A stretch of 64,000 bases of DNA from contig OZ024740.1 of assembly GCA_964016885.1 (NCBI GenBank), positions 353,400,001 through 353,464,000 on the forward strand. The letters are read 5' to 3'. The position numbers were made by a program, and so were the translations under genes. Shown piece after piece: positions 25,147 through 38,464 of this stretch. Under the pieces are notes generated by a model. It saw only the letters and a list, made by a program, of their open reading frames with translations, ran no database searches and had not been told where the DNA came from. This DNA is from Eledone cirrhosa. Lineage: Eukaryota. The stretch's first letter is position 1; every line of letters starts with the position of its first letter.

Positions 25147-25287
25147 CAATAATAATAATAGCACCAACAACTACAACAAGAAAAAAGATGAAGAAAAAGA
25201 AAAAGTAAATGAAAATGTAGAAGATATTTTGTTCATAATAAGCTTTCTTTTATCAATTTCTTTACATTTATTTTGTTTGTTTTGCAG

Positions 25288-25319
25288 GGACACTGACACC
25301 AGTTGTGGAAATGATGTGG
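25288..25319 (+). CDS. CERK-like gene, 32-nt microexon C (phase 2-1)
   Basis: tttgttttgcAG acceptor and GTaagt donor. (Q)DTDTSCGNDV(D). Its phases exactly bridge exon B (ends phase 2) and exon D (starts phase 1). Confidence 0.7.
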
Positions 25320-25440
25320 GTAAGTGGGTTACCAGTTTGTGTATACTTATGTATATATATGATTATAAAGGAACACTTTGCATGAAGTGTACACATATTT
25401 TGAATATGGCAAGTGAGAAAAAATTCCAATCAACTGAGAC

Positions 25441-27420
25441 TCATCATCATCATCATCATCACCGTTTTACGTCCGTTCTTACACGCTAGTATGGGTTAGA
25501 CGGGTTGTCCTGTTGTGGGCAGTGTCTGGTCGGCTGACCATGCCTTGCTCATACAGGAACTGATTTGGCTTGGTTTCTACAGCTGGATGCCCTTCCTAAC
25601 ACCAACCTCATTTACAGTGAGTGCTGGGTACTTTTTTCGTGACGCCTACACGTCCACTTTACAGTGTGGGCTGGGTGCTTTTTTTCCGTGGCACCTCCAC
25701 GACCACCTTGCGGTGGGGGGTGTGGGGGCATATTGTCTATATGCTTCAGCTTGTACCCATGGGAGGTCGGGTACTCTGTATTACTGCGTGACGCCAGAAG
25801 TCACGGTCGTGTGTCATTGTCTTTGAGAGGTGTAATTGGGTACGGTCAGCTTTTATCACCTCATCCCAGGTCATCTTGGGTCTCCCCACTCCGCGGTTTC
25901 CATCAACTTCTAGTGCTCTGCACCTTTTTATGCAGCTATCATCCTTCATACGCATCACATGTCCATACCAACACATCCGCCTCTCCTGCACACAGCATTT
26001 GATTCCTCTTATGCTCAGTCTCTCTCTCAATTCATTTATGCTTTGTCGTTCACGTATATTATTGTTACACATCCATCGGAGCATGCAGGCTTCGTTTCTC
26101 TCTAATCTACGTAAGTCTTCCACCTTCAGCGCCCAGGTCTCGCTACCATGCAACATCGCTGTTCGGATACACGCATCATACAGTCTGCCTTTCATTCTGA
26201 GGGAGAAGCCTTTTGCAGCTAGCAGTGGTAGTAGTTCCCTAAACTTCTTCCATCCCGTTCTTACCCTAGTTATTGCACTTTCTGAACACCCACCTCCGTT
26301 GCTAATTCGGTCACCTAGGTAGCAGAAGCTGTCAACTGTTTCTACAGGGCCCTCCCAGAGATTGGTGGTACTTGTTTCCTGTGGCTGTTTGCTGTTTGCT
26401 GTCTCAGCACAGCTGCTGCATGTGAATCCTACATTCTTAATTAAGCTTCCTGAGATCCCGCTACATCTCTTGTGTACTCATTGTTTGCATTTGGGGCAGA
26501 GAATGGAGTTCCTACCTACACCTTTCCTACATACTGAGCAAGGCCATTTCCCTGAGGGGATCTGGGTTCTGTTTTCTCGTCTACTTACAAGGACCTTAGT
26601 CTTTGTCATGTTGACTTTGAGACCCTTTCTTTCTAGTCCCTGCTTCCAGGTTTGGAATTTATTCTTTAGTTCTACCATAGATTCAGCTATGAGTGCGAGG
26701 TCATCAGCATACAGGAGTTCCCATGGGCATCTGGTCTTAAACTCCTCCGTTATTGCCTGCAGGACTATGATGAACAGGAGAGGGCTAAGAACAGAGCCCT
26801 GGTGGACCCCAACCTGTACGCTAAATTCCTCGCTATACTCATTGCTAATCCTAACTTTGCTGACTGCTCCCCTATACATGGCTTGTACCGCTTTCACAAG
26901 CCATTCATCTACTCCTAGTTTTCTAAGAGCCCACCAGATTACAGTGCGTGGAACTCTGTCAAAGGCTTTCTCAAGGTCGACAAATGCCAAGTAGAGTGGC
27001 TTACTTTTAGCTAGGTACTTTCCTGTAATTGCCTCACAAGGAAGAGGGCATCATCAGTGGTGCCTCTTCCTGGTACAAACCCAAATTGCATCTCGTCTAT
27101 TTTCACCCGGTCCCTAATCAGCTGTGCTATAACTCTTTCTGTTACTTTCATGACCTGGTCCATCAACTTTATACCTCTATAGTTTCCTCTATCTAGTGCA
27201 TCGCCTTTACCTTTGTAGCAGTTGACAATGATGCTACTGCACCAATCTTTTGGTATGGCCCCTTCTAGTATTACCTGGTTAACGATACGTGTGGTTATAG
27301 TGTGACCTACAGACCCAGATGCCTTCAGCATCTCGGCAGCTATACCCGATGGACCGGTTGCCTTCCCCATCTTCATATCTCTGATTGCCTTACTTACTAC
27401 GCTGCCGCTGACTTGTACTG
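25441..27420 (-). mobile_element. RTE LINE family B (related to A), 5'-truncated and disrupted
   Basis: ORFs 27011-27376, 26478-26990 and 25746-26195 carry RT, PHD and C-terminal motifs with a frameshift and a stop. Distinct 3' UTR with a (GAT)n tail. Confidence 0.93.
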
Positions 27421-28267
27421 TACTATCATTGCAATTTCAAAATGGAAACCCTCTTTAGGTGTGTTCAGATCATAAGCAAGTAGGAAAGAATATTTATATA
27501 GTCTGAGCTGATTCAAGTTTTTTTTATCTCTTTGTTGTTTTTCATTAGCAAGGATACAAGGTATGTTTATTGCGCAATTGTAATTGAATTGTTGTTTGCT
27601 TATGTTTGAAGGGATGACATAAGCAGAGGAGTTTAAAGTCTCCTCTGCTCGTGTTGCTATTCTAGAAGGGTTAGACTGGTTGAATTGCTTAGTATAGAGT
27701 GTGATAATGAAGGTGATATACAGTAGGAATAATGTAAGTTGAAGTGACTGATATACCAGGTGGTACTTCGATAGTTCAAATGAGCAAAATCTAAAAGGTG
27801 AAGAAGAATGAAAGTCACAAATCATCATCATCATTTTATGTTCACCTTCCATGAAGGCATGGGTTGAATGGGTTGTCATGGTCTGAGAATAGACAGGTTG
27901 GAGAAATCTTGTTTTGTTCATACATTCCATATTTGACATGGTCTCCATGGCTGGATACACTTCCTAATATCCACCACTTTACAGGCTGTACTGGGCACGT
28001 TTTATCATGACACCAGGACTACCACTTTACAGAAAGCACTGGATGGATTTTATAATGGCACTAGCACTAAAGAGGCTGTTATGCTCAGTCAGACTGGAGA
28101 ATCGTCTCTGCCTTATATAAAGTCTCTGATTTCTCGCTGACCACATTACAAAGTGTACCAGGTATTTTCTATTATGAATCCAATGTTGTCTTGGTGTTTT
28201 CCATTGTGGCAGAGGTTGTCTCATCCACTGTAGGCTAAGGGACTTCTCCATTCCATGTAGTCTTGGA

Positions 28268-28765
28268 TCATCATCATCACCATTTTATGTCAATGTTTCC
28301 ACGCTAGCATGTGTCAGACAGGTTGTCCTGTTGTGGGCAATGCCAGATCAAGTCATACAGAAATGATTTTGGCTCGGTTTCTACAGCTGGATGCCCTTCC
28401 TAACACCAACCTCATTTACAGTGGGTAGGGGTGATTTTTTACCATGGCACCTACACGACCACTTTACAGTGTGGACTGGGTGCTTTTTGTCGTGAAACCT
28501 ACACGACCATTTTACAGTGAGAGGGGTGTGGGGGCATATTGTCTATATGCTTCAGCTTCGGCTTGTACCTGTGGGAACTCGGGTCTTCTGTATTACTGCG
28601 TAACACCAGAGGTCTCAGTCATGTGTCATCGCCTTTGAGAGGTGCAATTGGGCATGGTTAGTTTTTATCACCTCATTCCAGGTCTTCTTGGGTCTCCCCA
28701 CTCCTTGGCTTCCATCGACTTCTAGTGCTCTGCACCTTTTTATGCAACTGTCATCCTTCAAACGC
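28268..28765 (-). mobile_element. RTE family B 3' fragment
   Basis: Colinear with 25450-25950. Confidence 0.8.
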
Positions 28766-28849
28766 CATATTTACTTTTAGTGTTACAAAGAAAAGGAAAT
28801 AAACAAAATGAAAGATTAAATAATTATGTATTATTTCTTATCATTTTAG

Positions 28850-29076
28850 ATACCAATATCAATGCAAGTAAGGCAAACGGGGAGGATGCAAAGTGGAAAA
28901 CTATTGAAGAGGACATCCAAGGACTCGACAGTTTTTTGGTCTCTCTTGTAGAATCTGGCCCCTCTTTGAAGTACTCCTTTGGTGATAGTAGTGGCCAGCT
29001 ATTCATTATAAAAAAATGCTCCTTGTCTGAGCATATGAAGTTTTACAGTTGCCTAGGAAGTAATAAACCATCTGTG
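28850..29076 (+). CDS. CERK-like gene, exon D (227 nt, phase 1-0)
   Basis: tcattttAG acceptor and GTaagt donor. DTNINASKANGEDAKWKTIEEDIQG...FGDSSGQLFIIKKCSLSEHMKFY, similar to CERK 'WQVVCG...LGDGSSDLILIRKCSRFNFLRFL'. Confidence 0.85.
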
Positions 29077-29761
29077 GTAAGTATTGAATGTCAGGATTTG
29101 TACCCCAGTATGCATTAGAGTTATTAGTGCGGTATTCATTCCAGCTTTCTGTTCAAGTCATGCCGAGTTCAACTTTACCTTTCATCCTTTCAAGGTCAAT
29201 AAAAAAAATACCAGTTTAGTACTGGAGTTAATTCTTCCTCTATATCTTTTTTTCACTTTTTCTCTCTCACATTCTATCCTTTTCTGGAAAAAATCTGCTG
29301 TTTGTCCTGGAGAGGGATGGGCTCTGCAAGTCTTAAAATACCAAGGAACACTATGCCACTACAACGCCCCCATGACTCCATCAGGAGTTACAGGGTCATG
29401 TCAAACTATACCATTCTGATCTTAGTTTTACATGAAGATGTATTTATGTAGAGTGAAGGTTTGATTTTAAAAATTACATAAAACTCCATGGAGCATATGA
29501 AGTGATTGTTTTAGAAAATCACCACTACTCTTAGATTTTCAAATATATGCTGTGTTGTACATAAATATTCATAATTTAATTTATTACAGCATTGATGAAG
29601 GAGACTCACCTTCCCTCACAAATGGGGTAAAATGCAAGAAAGAGAGAGTTAGACCTGATCTGACTCTCCTGTCCACCTTCCTAACCTTATCCACTCCCAC
29701 TTCCCTTATCTATCCCATGCCAACAGAGAAATAAAAAAGAAGTGTTCCCACCCCTACTCAT

Positions 29762-29937
29762 ATTGGTTTCTGATTTAGGCACGAGACCAACAATTTGGGG
29801 GGATGGGAAAGACAATTCAATCAACCCCATAAGGATGAAAGACAAAAGTAACTTCGGCAGGAATTGAACTCAGATCGTAAAGGGGCGTAACCCTATCACA
29901 ATCTGAGTTCAATTCCTGCCGATGTTAGCTTTGCCTT
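29762..29937. mobile_element. Head-to-head family-2 SINE fragments forming a hairpin
   Basis: aacttcggcaggaattgaactcagat (29850-29875) pairs with atctgagttcaattcctgccgatgtt (29901-29926). Confidence 0.65.
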
Positions 29938-30588
29938 CTTGCACCCGACCCATATTGTGCTCCCCCTCCCACTTTATCTCATCTCCAATTTATTTTCTTG
30001 TGCAACCCTTACCAGCACGGAAGAAAGATGTGCTCCTCCTACTCCTACATACTGACGTTAAGATATTATTCTCAAAATAAATAACATCAAAATCTTGTAG
30101 ATTCGATATTATGTGAGATATTTATGTAAGATAAAGCCTTTACCACAAAAATACAATAGTATATAAAGGGTTAAATGGTGATGATAATGATAAATACACA
30201 TTTTGCAAATTAAGTCCTAGTTTGTGTTTGATTATAACTCACTTTATGGACAAAAGGAAAAGTGAAGTTATCTACTGATAAATGGCCAATTAGTTGTGAA
30301 ACATCAAAAGATAATCTTTATTATTATTTGTACAAAGAGAATAACAATGTTTTTCACATTTGTTTAAATTTTCCACAGCAAGACTTATAAATTATAGCTA
30401 TACTTCCAATTAATTTATCTTACGTTTTCTATTGTTTTAGTATTTCACTGACTTTACAACACAAAATAGCTATATTTAGAAGAAATTAAACAAAACACTT
30501 TTGAAGGACGTGTGTGTATGTGCAGAAATAAAACAAGGAAAAGCAACACAGTAGGACAATACAGTACATTAAAGATATATATTAGTTT

Positions 30589-30626
30589 AATGCCATTTCG
30601 GACATTAGTCCTTCATCAGGAGATAG
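30589..30626 (-). ncRNA. Minimal hammerhead-like remnant (Penelope pLTR-like)
   Basis: Minus strand CTGATGA-A-GGAC-TAAT-GTCC-GAAA-TGGCA-TT. The 3' strand of stem I is missing. Confidence 0.45.
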
Positions 30627-30928
30627 AAGAAGAAATAGAAAGATAGACAAGAAAAGAAAGAAAATGGGAAAACAATTTTCACAGGAAGAAAACACATGTA
30701 GTTAGTCAATCATTTAAATACCCTAAGGAAGGTTTCTTTGTGCTAAATGCACATATGTATTATAGAAAGTTGTAAAACATTCTGGAACTGAAATTATGCT
30801 TGCTTTAAAACATCTAGTATGTTAGTGTTGTGTTTTTTTTTTGTCATATATTTATTTCTAGCTAACATTTAATGGTCCATGCACTAAATATTTTAACACT
30901 AACTTATTTCTCGTTATTTCTTAAATAG

Positions 30929-31071
30929 TTTTGCCTGAATTATGTAGACTGTGTACAGATTACTTCATGTAGGATTGAACTTCTTGATCCAAACCTTACC
31001 AGCAGTCGAAGTGTTTATTTGAACTGTGATGGAGAGTTAATACCTATAACAACAGATGTAATTGATATCAG
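30929..31071 (+). CDS. CERK-like gene, exon E (143 nt, phase 0-2) with NCDGE motif
   Basis: cttaaatAG acceptor and GTgagt donor. FCLNYVDCVQITSCRIELLDPNLTSSRSVYLNCDGELIPITTDVIDI(R). NCDGE is the C5 'DGE' motif of the DAG/sphingosine/ceramide kinase family. Confidence 0.88.
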
Positions 31072-31947
31072 GTGAGTAATATGAGTGTTTTGACATAATT
31101 AATGCATGGGCACATGTATGTGGTATATGTTTGTGTGTGTGATGTTTATGTAAGGTGGTAATGCTTGTTCCACAACAAAAATCATCCAGTCCACACTGTA
31201 AGGCAGTAGTGCCAGAACCACAAAAATGCTCCCAATACATGCTGTAAAGTGGTAGTGTTAGTGTTGGTAAAAAGCTTCTAGTCCACGCTGTAAAGTGGTT
31301 GGCATTAAGAAGGGCATTCAGCCATAGAAAACCAAGCCAAAAATAGAATGCATGAGCTAGAGGTGATCACCTGACCTATCTAGACTCATGCAAGCATGAA
31401 AAAATAGACATTAATTGATGATGATGATGATATATATATTGTATAGCTTTACATCAAAGGTTCTCAACAGGGGGCGTTTGAAGCTTTGGTGGGCATGGAA
31501 GGCTCTTTACTCAGGTAAGCTTTATAAGCCATATTTGTACATCTCTGAGACAGCCAGTGTGAATGCATTTGAATGAACAAAATGAAGAAAATAAATGAAA
31601 GAAGCTTGTCATATGTCAATGAATTCCCTAGGGAGATAAAAGAAAAACGAAAAAAAATCAAAGAAAATGAAAATAAAGACAACACAAACGACAAGAAAAA
31701 GAAGCAATGGTGATGAAACACACAGGCCGGCGTTGGTGATTGATGAGGTTGAAATGCTGTGTGGTATTTAATCTCCCTAGGTAATAAAATCTGGAGGCAA
31801 AATTCTATCCTTACCAAAAAAAACAACATAAATCATGTCTACATATACACACACTTAAATATAAATGCATGTATATATACAAATGTATAAATGCATAGCT
31901 ATATACATATGTAAATGTATGTATGTATGTATGTATGTAGATTTATA

Positions 31948-32203
31948 TTGTTGTTTCCTTGAGCAAGACACTTTATTTCACATTGCTCCAGTTTACTCAG
32001 CTCTAGAAATGAGATGATAGGGACTGGGGTCCCTATCATTCCATTGCAAAGTGGACGTGTCGGTGCCTCGGCAAAAACACCCAGCACTCACTGTAAATGA
32101 GGTTGGTGTTAAGAAGGGCATCCAGCTGTAGAAATCAAGCCAGAATCAGTTCCCGTCCCACCCTTGCAAGCAGGGAAAAGCGGACGTAAAATGATGATGA
32201 TGG
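31948..32203 (+). mobile_element. 5'-truncated family-1 (CORE-like, RTE-tailed) SINE
   Basis: Colinear with 45294-45560. Confidence 0.8.
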
Positions 32204-32831
32204 TATATATATATATATATTCTTTTTTCAGCCTGTCTACCTCTGATGGTAGGGTCAGTACCTTAGATAGAACTCAATGTAATCTTGTAAAATCCATAGA
32301 GAAGTTCTGTGTTTCGCTGATACAGTCAGATATTAGGTATTAAATTAATAAAAATAAAAACAAAGTTATAAAGTAACATGACTTTGTTCTTTTTATTTTC
32401 ATTGTCAATTTGATAACACACACACACATATATGTGCAGCGTGACAAGAAGTTTGCTTCCCAACCACATGTTTCCGGGTTTAGTCCTACTGCCCGGGCCG
32501 ACCAAAGCCCTGTGAGTGGATTTGATAGACCGAAACTAAAAGAAGCACATCGTATATATGTCTGTGTGTGTCTTTGCGTTTGTGTTTGCCCTCCCACCAA
32601 TGCTTGTTGGTTTGTTGACGTCCCCATAACTTACCAAGGTGATGTTCCAGACAGAAAAATCAGGCTGAAATGGATTTAGAACCTTTGCTTTACATCATAA
32701 TATCTCACACATTCCTTGTCTTTTAATGTTTTGTGTAATGGTATATATGAATGATGACGATTGCCCTGTTATAGTTATTAAAATTATTGCCTTTGTACCT
32801 GAATTAGAAACCATTAGTATTATTGCCATTC

Positions 32832-33410
32832 AGGTGGTGGATTGGCAGTATTGATAGAGTCTCGGATGCCATGCTTCATGGCATAGAGTTACACCTCATT
32901 ACATTCTGAGTTCAAATCCCGTCGAGTTAGCTTTGCCTTTTACCCTCATGGGGTCAAAGTAACAGTAACACACTGGGGTCAATTTTATCGACTTACCCCT
33001 TTCTCCACAAATTGTTGACCTTGTGCCTAAATCAGAATCCATTATTATTACCATTCTGAGTTCAAGTCCCACCGAGGTTAGCTTTGCCTTTCATCCTTAC
33101 GGGATTGATAAAATAAAGTACCAGTAATACACTGGGTTGATTTAATCAACTTTCCCCTTGACCCAACATTGTTGACCTTGTACCTATATCAGAAACCATT
33201 ATTATTTTTATTTTCAGGCGGTAAATTGGCAGTATTGGTAGAGGGTCGGATGCCATGCTTTCCAGCATAGTTACGTCCCTTTACGGTCTGAGTTCAAATT
33301 CCGTCGAGGTTAACTTTGCCTTTCATCCTTACGGGGGTCGATAAAATAAAGTACCAGTATTGTACTGGATAATTGCTGGCCTTGTGCCTAAAGTAGAAAC
33401 AATTATTATT
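32832..33410 (+). mobile_element. Tandem cluster of three family-2 SINEs
   Basis: Copies at about 32832-33050, 33055-33210 and 33217-33410, each ending in an attattatt tail. Confidence 0.8.
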
Positions 33411-35069
33411 TTCATGTTTTCAATAGTTCATGTGAGTTTCTGCTGCACCTCTATGCTGCTGAAGTATGTGCAATAGGCAACATTTGGTAGTGTAGGATTG
33501 CGTTTGTATGCTACATCTGTTTTACTTTAAGGGATTTTCTTTAGTTGTTCCTGTTATTTTAGTGTTTTGTCTGTTTAATGTATAGAATATCAGTTGAGTG
33601 AGTTGTTATTGGAATGTGTTGCAGCATTGACTGTTGATTATGTAAGAATGTACTGTATTAAATTGAAAGCGGATTGTGCTAAACAGGATATTGTTTTTTT
33701 TATTTATCTGTTCATATTTTTTTATACTACTTAAGATGGTGAATTGGCCTAAATTTGTTGGACTAAATGCTTTGGTATTAGTTTTGGCTTTCTACACTCT
33801 GAGTTCAAATCTCATCGAAGTCAACATTGAGGTCAAGTACTAGTTCAATGGCAGTAAATTAGTGGAGTTGTCAAAACATCAGACGGGCTGCCTTCTGGTA
33901 TTTGTTCCAAGTTTATGCATTTTTAGTTTAAATCTTGCCTCCTGTCACCAGGAAAACAGTAGCATTTCTGGCAGATAGTATCAGCAATAGAAAAACCAAT
34001 AAAAACATAGTTTCCTTGGTCAGATCTGACGATTGATTTCTGTTGTATTTATAATCTATCTAGTATTCCAATATTATTGATCGTTTTCACAATTTGCTTA
34101 TTTTCATTTTCAGGCTCTTGTACTTTGATAGTTTCTCAATTTCTTCACAAGCAATATTTTAGTCAGTCATAATTAAGATGTCTCACAATACAAAATTCTT
34201 GTTTCTGTTTTTGATGATTTTGTCTGAACAGTTTTGTCTTTATCTCTTTGTTAGACTGGATAGGCATGCCTCAGATTCTCATAGGCAGATTATTTACTGC
34301 TTCTTCTCAGTTTTATGTGTCAGCATATTATACAATTGACATATACTGTATTTAATGCGTATTTTTACTACTTTTTCTCAGTTTTCAGTTTTTGAATCCC
34401 CAAGCGTGACCAGCCAAGCTCATGAATATTATCCAACCATCTTGCTTGGGGTCTACCCCTGGGTCTCCTGCCGCTTGGTCTTGCCCATAAATCTGTCCAG
34501 TGATTCTTTCCTGAGACATTCTAACAACATGCCCATAGTATTGGAGCTGTGATCTCTCAATTTGGAGACTTGATCTCTGAGCTACGCATTTATTGAGTAA
34601 TGTTACTCCAAAGACCCTTCAAAGAACTCCATTTCGGTCGCTTGTATTCATGATCGTATTCTTTCACTCATTACCCAACATTCATGTCCATAGGTAAGGG
34701 ATGGCACGAATACCGAAATCTAAACGGTATCCATGGAAATATTTAGAATTTTTAAGGATTAAACAACCCTAAGTAATGTGATCAATTGTTTTGTTGTTGA
34801 TTGTATAGTCTGCACATGAGCTTAGCATTTTGTTTTATAGTTATTTTTGTTTATTTTTTGTGGTTAGTATCAGTCCCATGCAGGTAAAATCAGACATACC
34901 ATTTCTGCTTTTAGCACTGGGCTTTTGAGTTACTGTTGGCTTACACTCTTATTTACTTCCTCTCTGTCAAGTTTGGCAGGATATTAGCCATGAAGTGTTT
35001 TTACTTTGTATTTTTTTGTTTATTATATTTTGAGTTTCTAATTCAGTTGTCTTTCATTTTCATATTTAC

Positions 35070-35340
35070 CTTTTCACGCTCAGAGTTGCTGAAGCATGAA
35101 ACAAACTACCTGCATCAATTGTTAGCTGCCGGGACACTGCATCCTTTAAAACCTCCATGCTTCTTGAAATTAGCCAACATTACACCTGATATACGCCCTC
35201 TATACACACACACATGTATATCATGACTCATACACTGTTCACTTTCATGACATTTGTACATTATTCTATGTACTATACATGCACCTTTGATGAGTTGTAG
35301 TGCACCTGAGTACTGTACACAATTATTTCATTATTATAGA
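35070..35340 (+). mobile_element. CR1-type LINE 3' end
   Basis: Same sequence as 55260-55340, extended through the 3' UTR to an (ATT)n-like tail. Confidence 0.7.
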
Positions 35341-36489
35341 ACTCTTTAGTTAAGTCAAGGGCCCAACATTTCTAGTTACTGGTGGCATGATAAAATGCAC
35401 CCAGTACACTCTCTAAAGTGGTTGTTGTTAAAGGACCCAAAATAGAAAACTTACCAAACACAGGGTTAAGAGGACTCTTCAGTTGCACCAAGGGCACAAC
35501 AAACTCCCTAATGTTGGTTCCATAATAAAATGCACCCAGTATACTCTGTAAAGTGTAAGAATGTACATAAATGAGATGTCCATATTGACAACCTGCCCAA
35601 ACTATACTAGCATATAAAAGCAAACCTTAAAAAACAATCATAATGATGATGTAGCTTCTAGTTTGTACTATATTGTTTCCATATGCATTTTTTTATATAC
35701 AGTCCCCTTCCTCTGTATGTGGGGGGAAGATATATCCTACCTGTATCAACTTTAGAACACTGTTAGTAATTTTCTAGTTATACTGTAAGCTTTAGAACAC
35801 TAATAATAGTTTTCTAGTTTTCCTCTCTAAGCTCTTCAGCCACAGTAGTTTTTTGGTTTTCCTGTCTAAGCCCTTGAATTTACTCAACGTCCAATGTATT
35901 ATGTTGAAGTTGTATTATGTAAAAACGACTTCAACATGGTAAATGTTTTATACCTCTTATTTCAAACACTGTGTTCATTTTTTAAAAATTTTATTTTGAC
36001 TCAATGAAATCTTCATTATTTGTATGGGTGATATGTGTGGTTCTGTTCTAATTCTCTGATTTTACTGTCTATCTAATTTATTGTTCTCAAGTCATTTCTG
36101 TTGTGCCATTTTCTGCCTTTCATTGAGGCTTTAGTATTTTGCATGTGGTGTATTCTGTTGTGATTCTCTAATCCTTTAGCATTTACGTTACTCTATGTTT
36201 AATATTATATTTTCATGGTAAAGGCTTTACCTCACATAATTTTGATATTTATTTTGAGAACAATACCTTAACATCAGTATGAGCTGCTGGTTACAGCCAG
36301 TTTGAACAGAAAGAGGTGAGAGAATTCTGGCCACATTTGGCTGGTTTAAATGTTAAAGGATTAATAATCTCATTTAAGATTTAAAATCAGTACCATTTTT
36401 AATTATTGGAGATTTGTACAGCATCACTTACTATATTTTCTTTTTTTAATATCATTTTTTGTTAATTTTGGTTTGGCATTGGCAATGTT

Positions 36490-37395
36490 TAGACTCTCCA
36501 TATTTCTTTGAGATACTGGCTGGAGTGCTCCAGGGAGATACATTGGCTCCCTACCTTTTTATCATCGTAGTGGACTATTGTATGCGCCTTGCACTGGAGA
36601 AACACCAGGACTCTGGCTTTACTGTAGCACCGGCTCAGAGCAGGAGAGTTAAGGCGAAAAAGATATCGGATGCTGAATTTGCCAACGATATAGTTTTGGT
36701 GACGGAGGCAGAGGATTTGATGCGGGAGGTTGAGACTGTGTCAATGAGTGTGGGGCTGAGAATGAATGAGACTAAAACAAAATATCTGGTGGAGAATGTT
36801 GAGAAGCCAGAGGGGATCACTAATGTAGGCGGGAAGCCGCTAGAATTGGTTGAGGGCTTCCTGTATTTGGGAGCAAAGATTGGGAATACGGAAGATGATG
36901 TGGTTGAGAGGAAGAGCAAAGCCTGGGCGGCGTGGCACAGCTTGAGATCGGTGTGGAAGTCGGACCTTTGTAAAGACCTGAAAATCCGCCTCTTCATTGC
37001 TGTAGTGGAGTCTGTGCTGCTGTACGGGTCTGAGACTTGGACACTGTCCAAGAAACTCACCCAGATGGTGGATGGGTGCTACACGAGAATGCTGAGGATG
37101 GCTCTGAACATTAATCAGTATACACTGAGGATGAAAAACTCAGAGCTGTATGGGAGCCTCCCAAAAGTCACCTCAAAAGTGACACAGAGGAGACTGAGGT
37201 TAGCTGGACATGCTCACCTGTGGGAGCCCCTACATGGACACACTGGAAGAGGAAGACCAAGGTTAACGTATGTTGATGCCCTAAGGACAGATACTGGTCT
37301 GTTGAAGATGCAGGACATGGTAGCGATAATGAGGGACAGAGACCGCTGGAGAGAACTCGTCCATGAATCTCGGGAATTTTACCGGCCCTAGAATA
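36490..37395 (+). mobile_element. RTE-clade LINE of a third family, 5'-truncated RT and C-terminus
   Basis: ORF 36459-37391: GVLQGDTLAPYLFII, EFANDIV (degenerate YADD), FLYLG, LLYGSETW, RRLRLAGH, RGRPRLTY. Confidence 0.88.
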
Positions 37396-37568
37396 TTGGC
37401 AATGTTATTGGAATTATGGAGAGCTATGATTCCAACATTTATGTTAATACTACCAAGTGCAACAATCGGCTGCACATCACATCTTAGGGGTTAACTAAAT
37501 ACTTTGAGGAAAGCTAATATATTTGCAGCATTGCTTCTTTTTCTCATGTTTTTTTTATCTCTCTTTTA

Positions 37569-38074
37569 TCTATATATATAAAGTTGTAGTTCCTGTCTGT
37601 TTGTTTGTTTATTTATTTGTTTCACGAACTCCTCCTGTGGTTTTGGAGATAGACCCCATAACCATATATATTCTGAAACTACATTGCCTAGGGTACTTGG
37701 ATAAGTATATTTCATTTAAATCAAAGGGTTTCCTGGGAGGCACAAACCCCTGCTGAAAATGTTTTCCCTTCGATTTATATGAAATTTAAACCATAGGTAA
37801 ATGACAAGATATGATGCATATTCACAAAATTTCAGCAAATTTCAATAATATTAAGACACCCTAATGGGGGTTAAACCCCCTATAGTGAAAATTTTGGAAG
37901 CCCATAACTTGAGTATTGGAACCTCTATTATCACGGGGTTTTTCTATTAATTAAACGTAAATCAACAAAACAAGTACCTCTCTTTTATAGTAAAATTTGG
38001 CTATGGCTAAACATCACTAGAATTATTACAAAAAAAATGTGTGAAACACAGCAAGATGTGGGTAATTCGGCTAG
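37569..38074 (+). mobile_element. Non-autonomous Helitron
   Basis: A|TCtatatatataaa 5' end, subterminal cacagcaagatgtggg hairpin and CTAG|T 3' end, with no TSD. Confidence 0.65.
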
Positions 38075-38216
38075 TGTGCTTATATATGTATATATCATAT
38101 GTGCTTGTGTTTTCATTCTGTAAGCATTATATTATTATATTTTTATAGAACTGTGAATAAAAGATTTTATATGTTAATACTCATGCATTGCCTATTATCA
38201 TTGTTATTTGTTGCAG

Positions 38217-38259
38217 GTTTCACTATCATGGTTTGAGACTATTTACGGCTCCAACTTAA
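38217..38259 (+). CDS. CERK-like gene, terminal coding exon F with stop codon
   Basis: tgttgcAG acceptor. (R)FHYHGLRLFTAPT-TAA, matching the CERK C-terminal 'RVHCQLVRLFARG' pattern. Confidence 0.82.
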
Positions 38260-38464
38260 GGCATATCCTACAGAATTACATATGCAGAGACAGCACGGAC
38301 AATCACAATATATATAAATATCTATATACATATATATATATTTATATATAAACAATCTTTTTATGATACATTGAGCAAATTTGAATTTTGGAAGTATGTT
38401 AGCTTATAGTAAGCTACTACAACACTAACATACTGTACATATGTATGTGTGTATTACATATATA

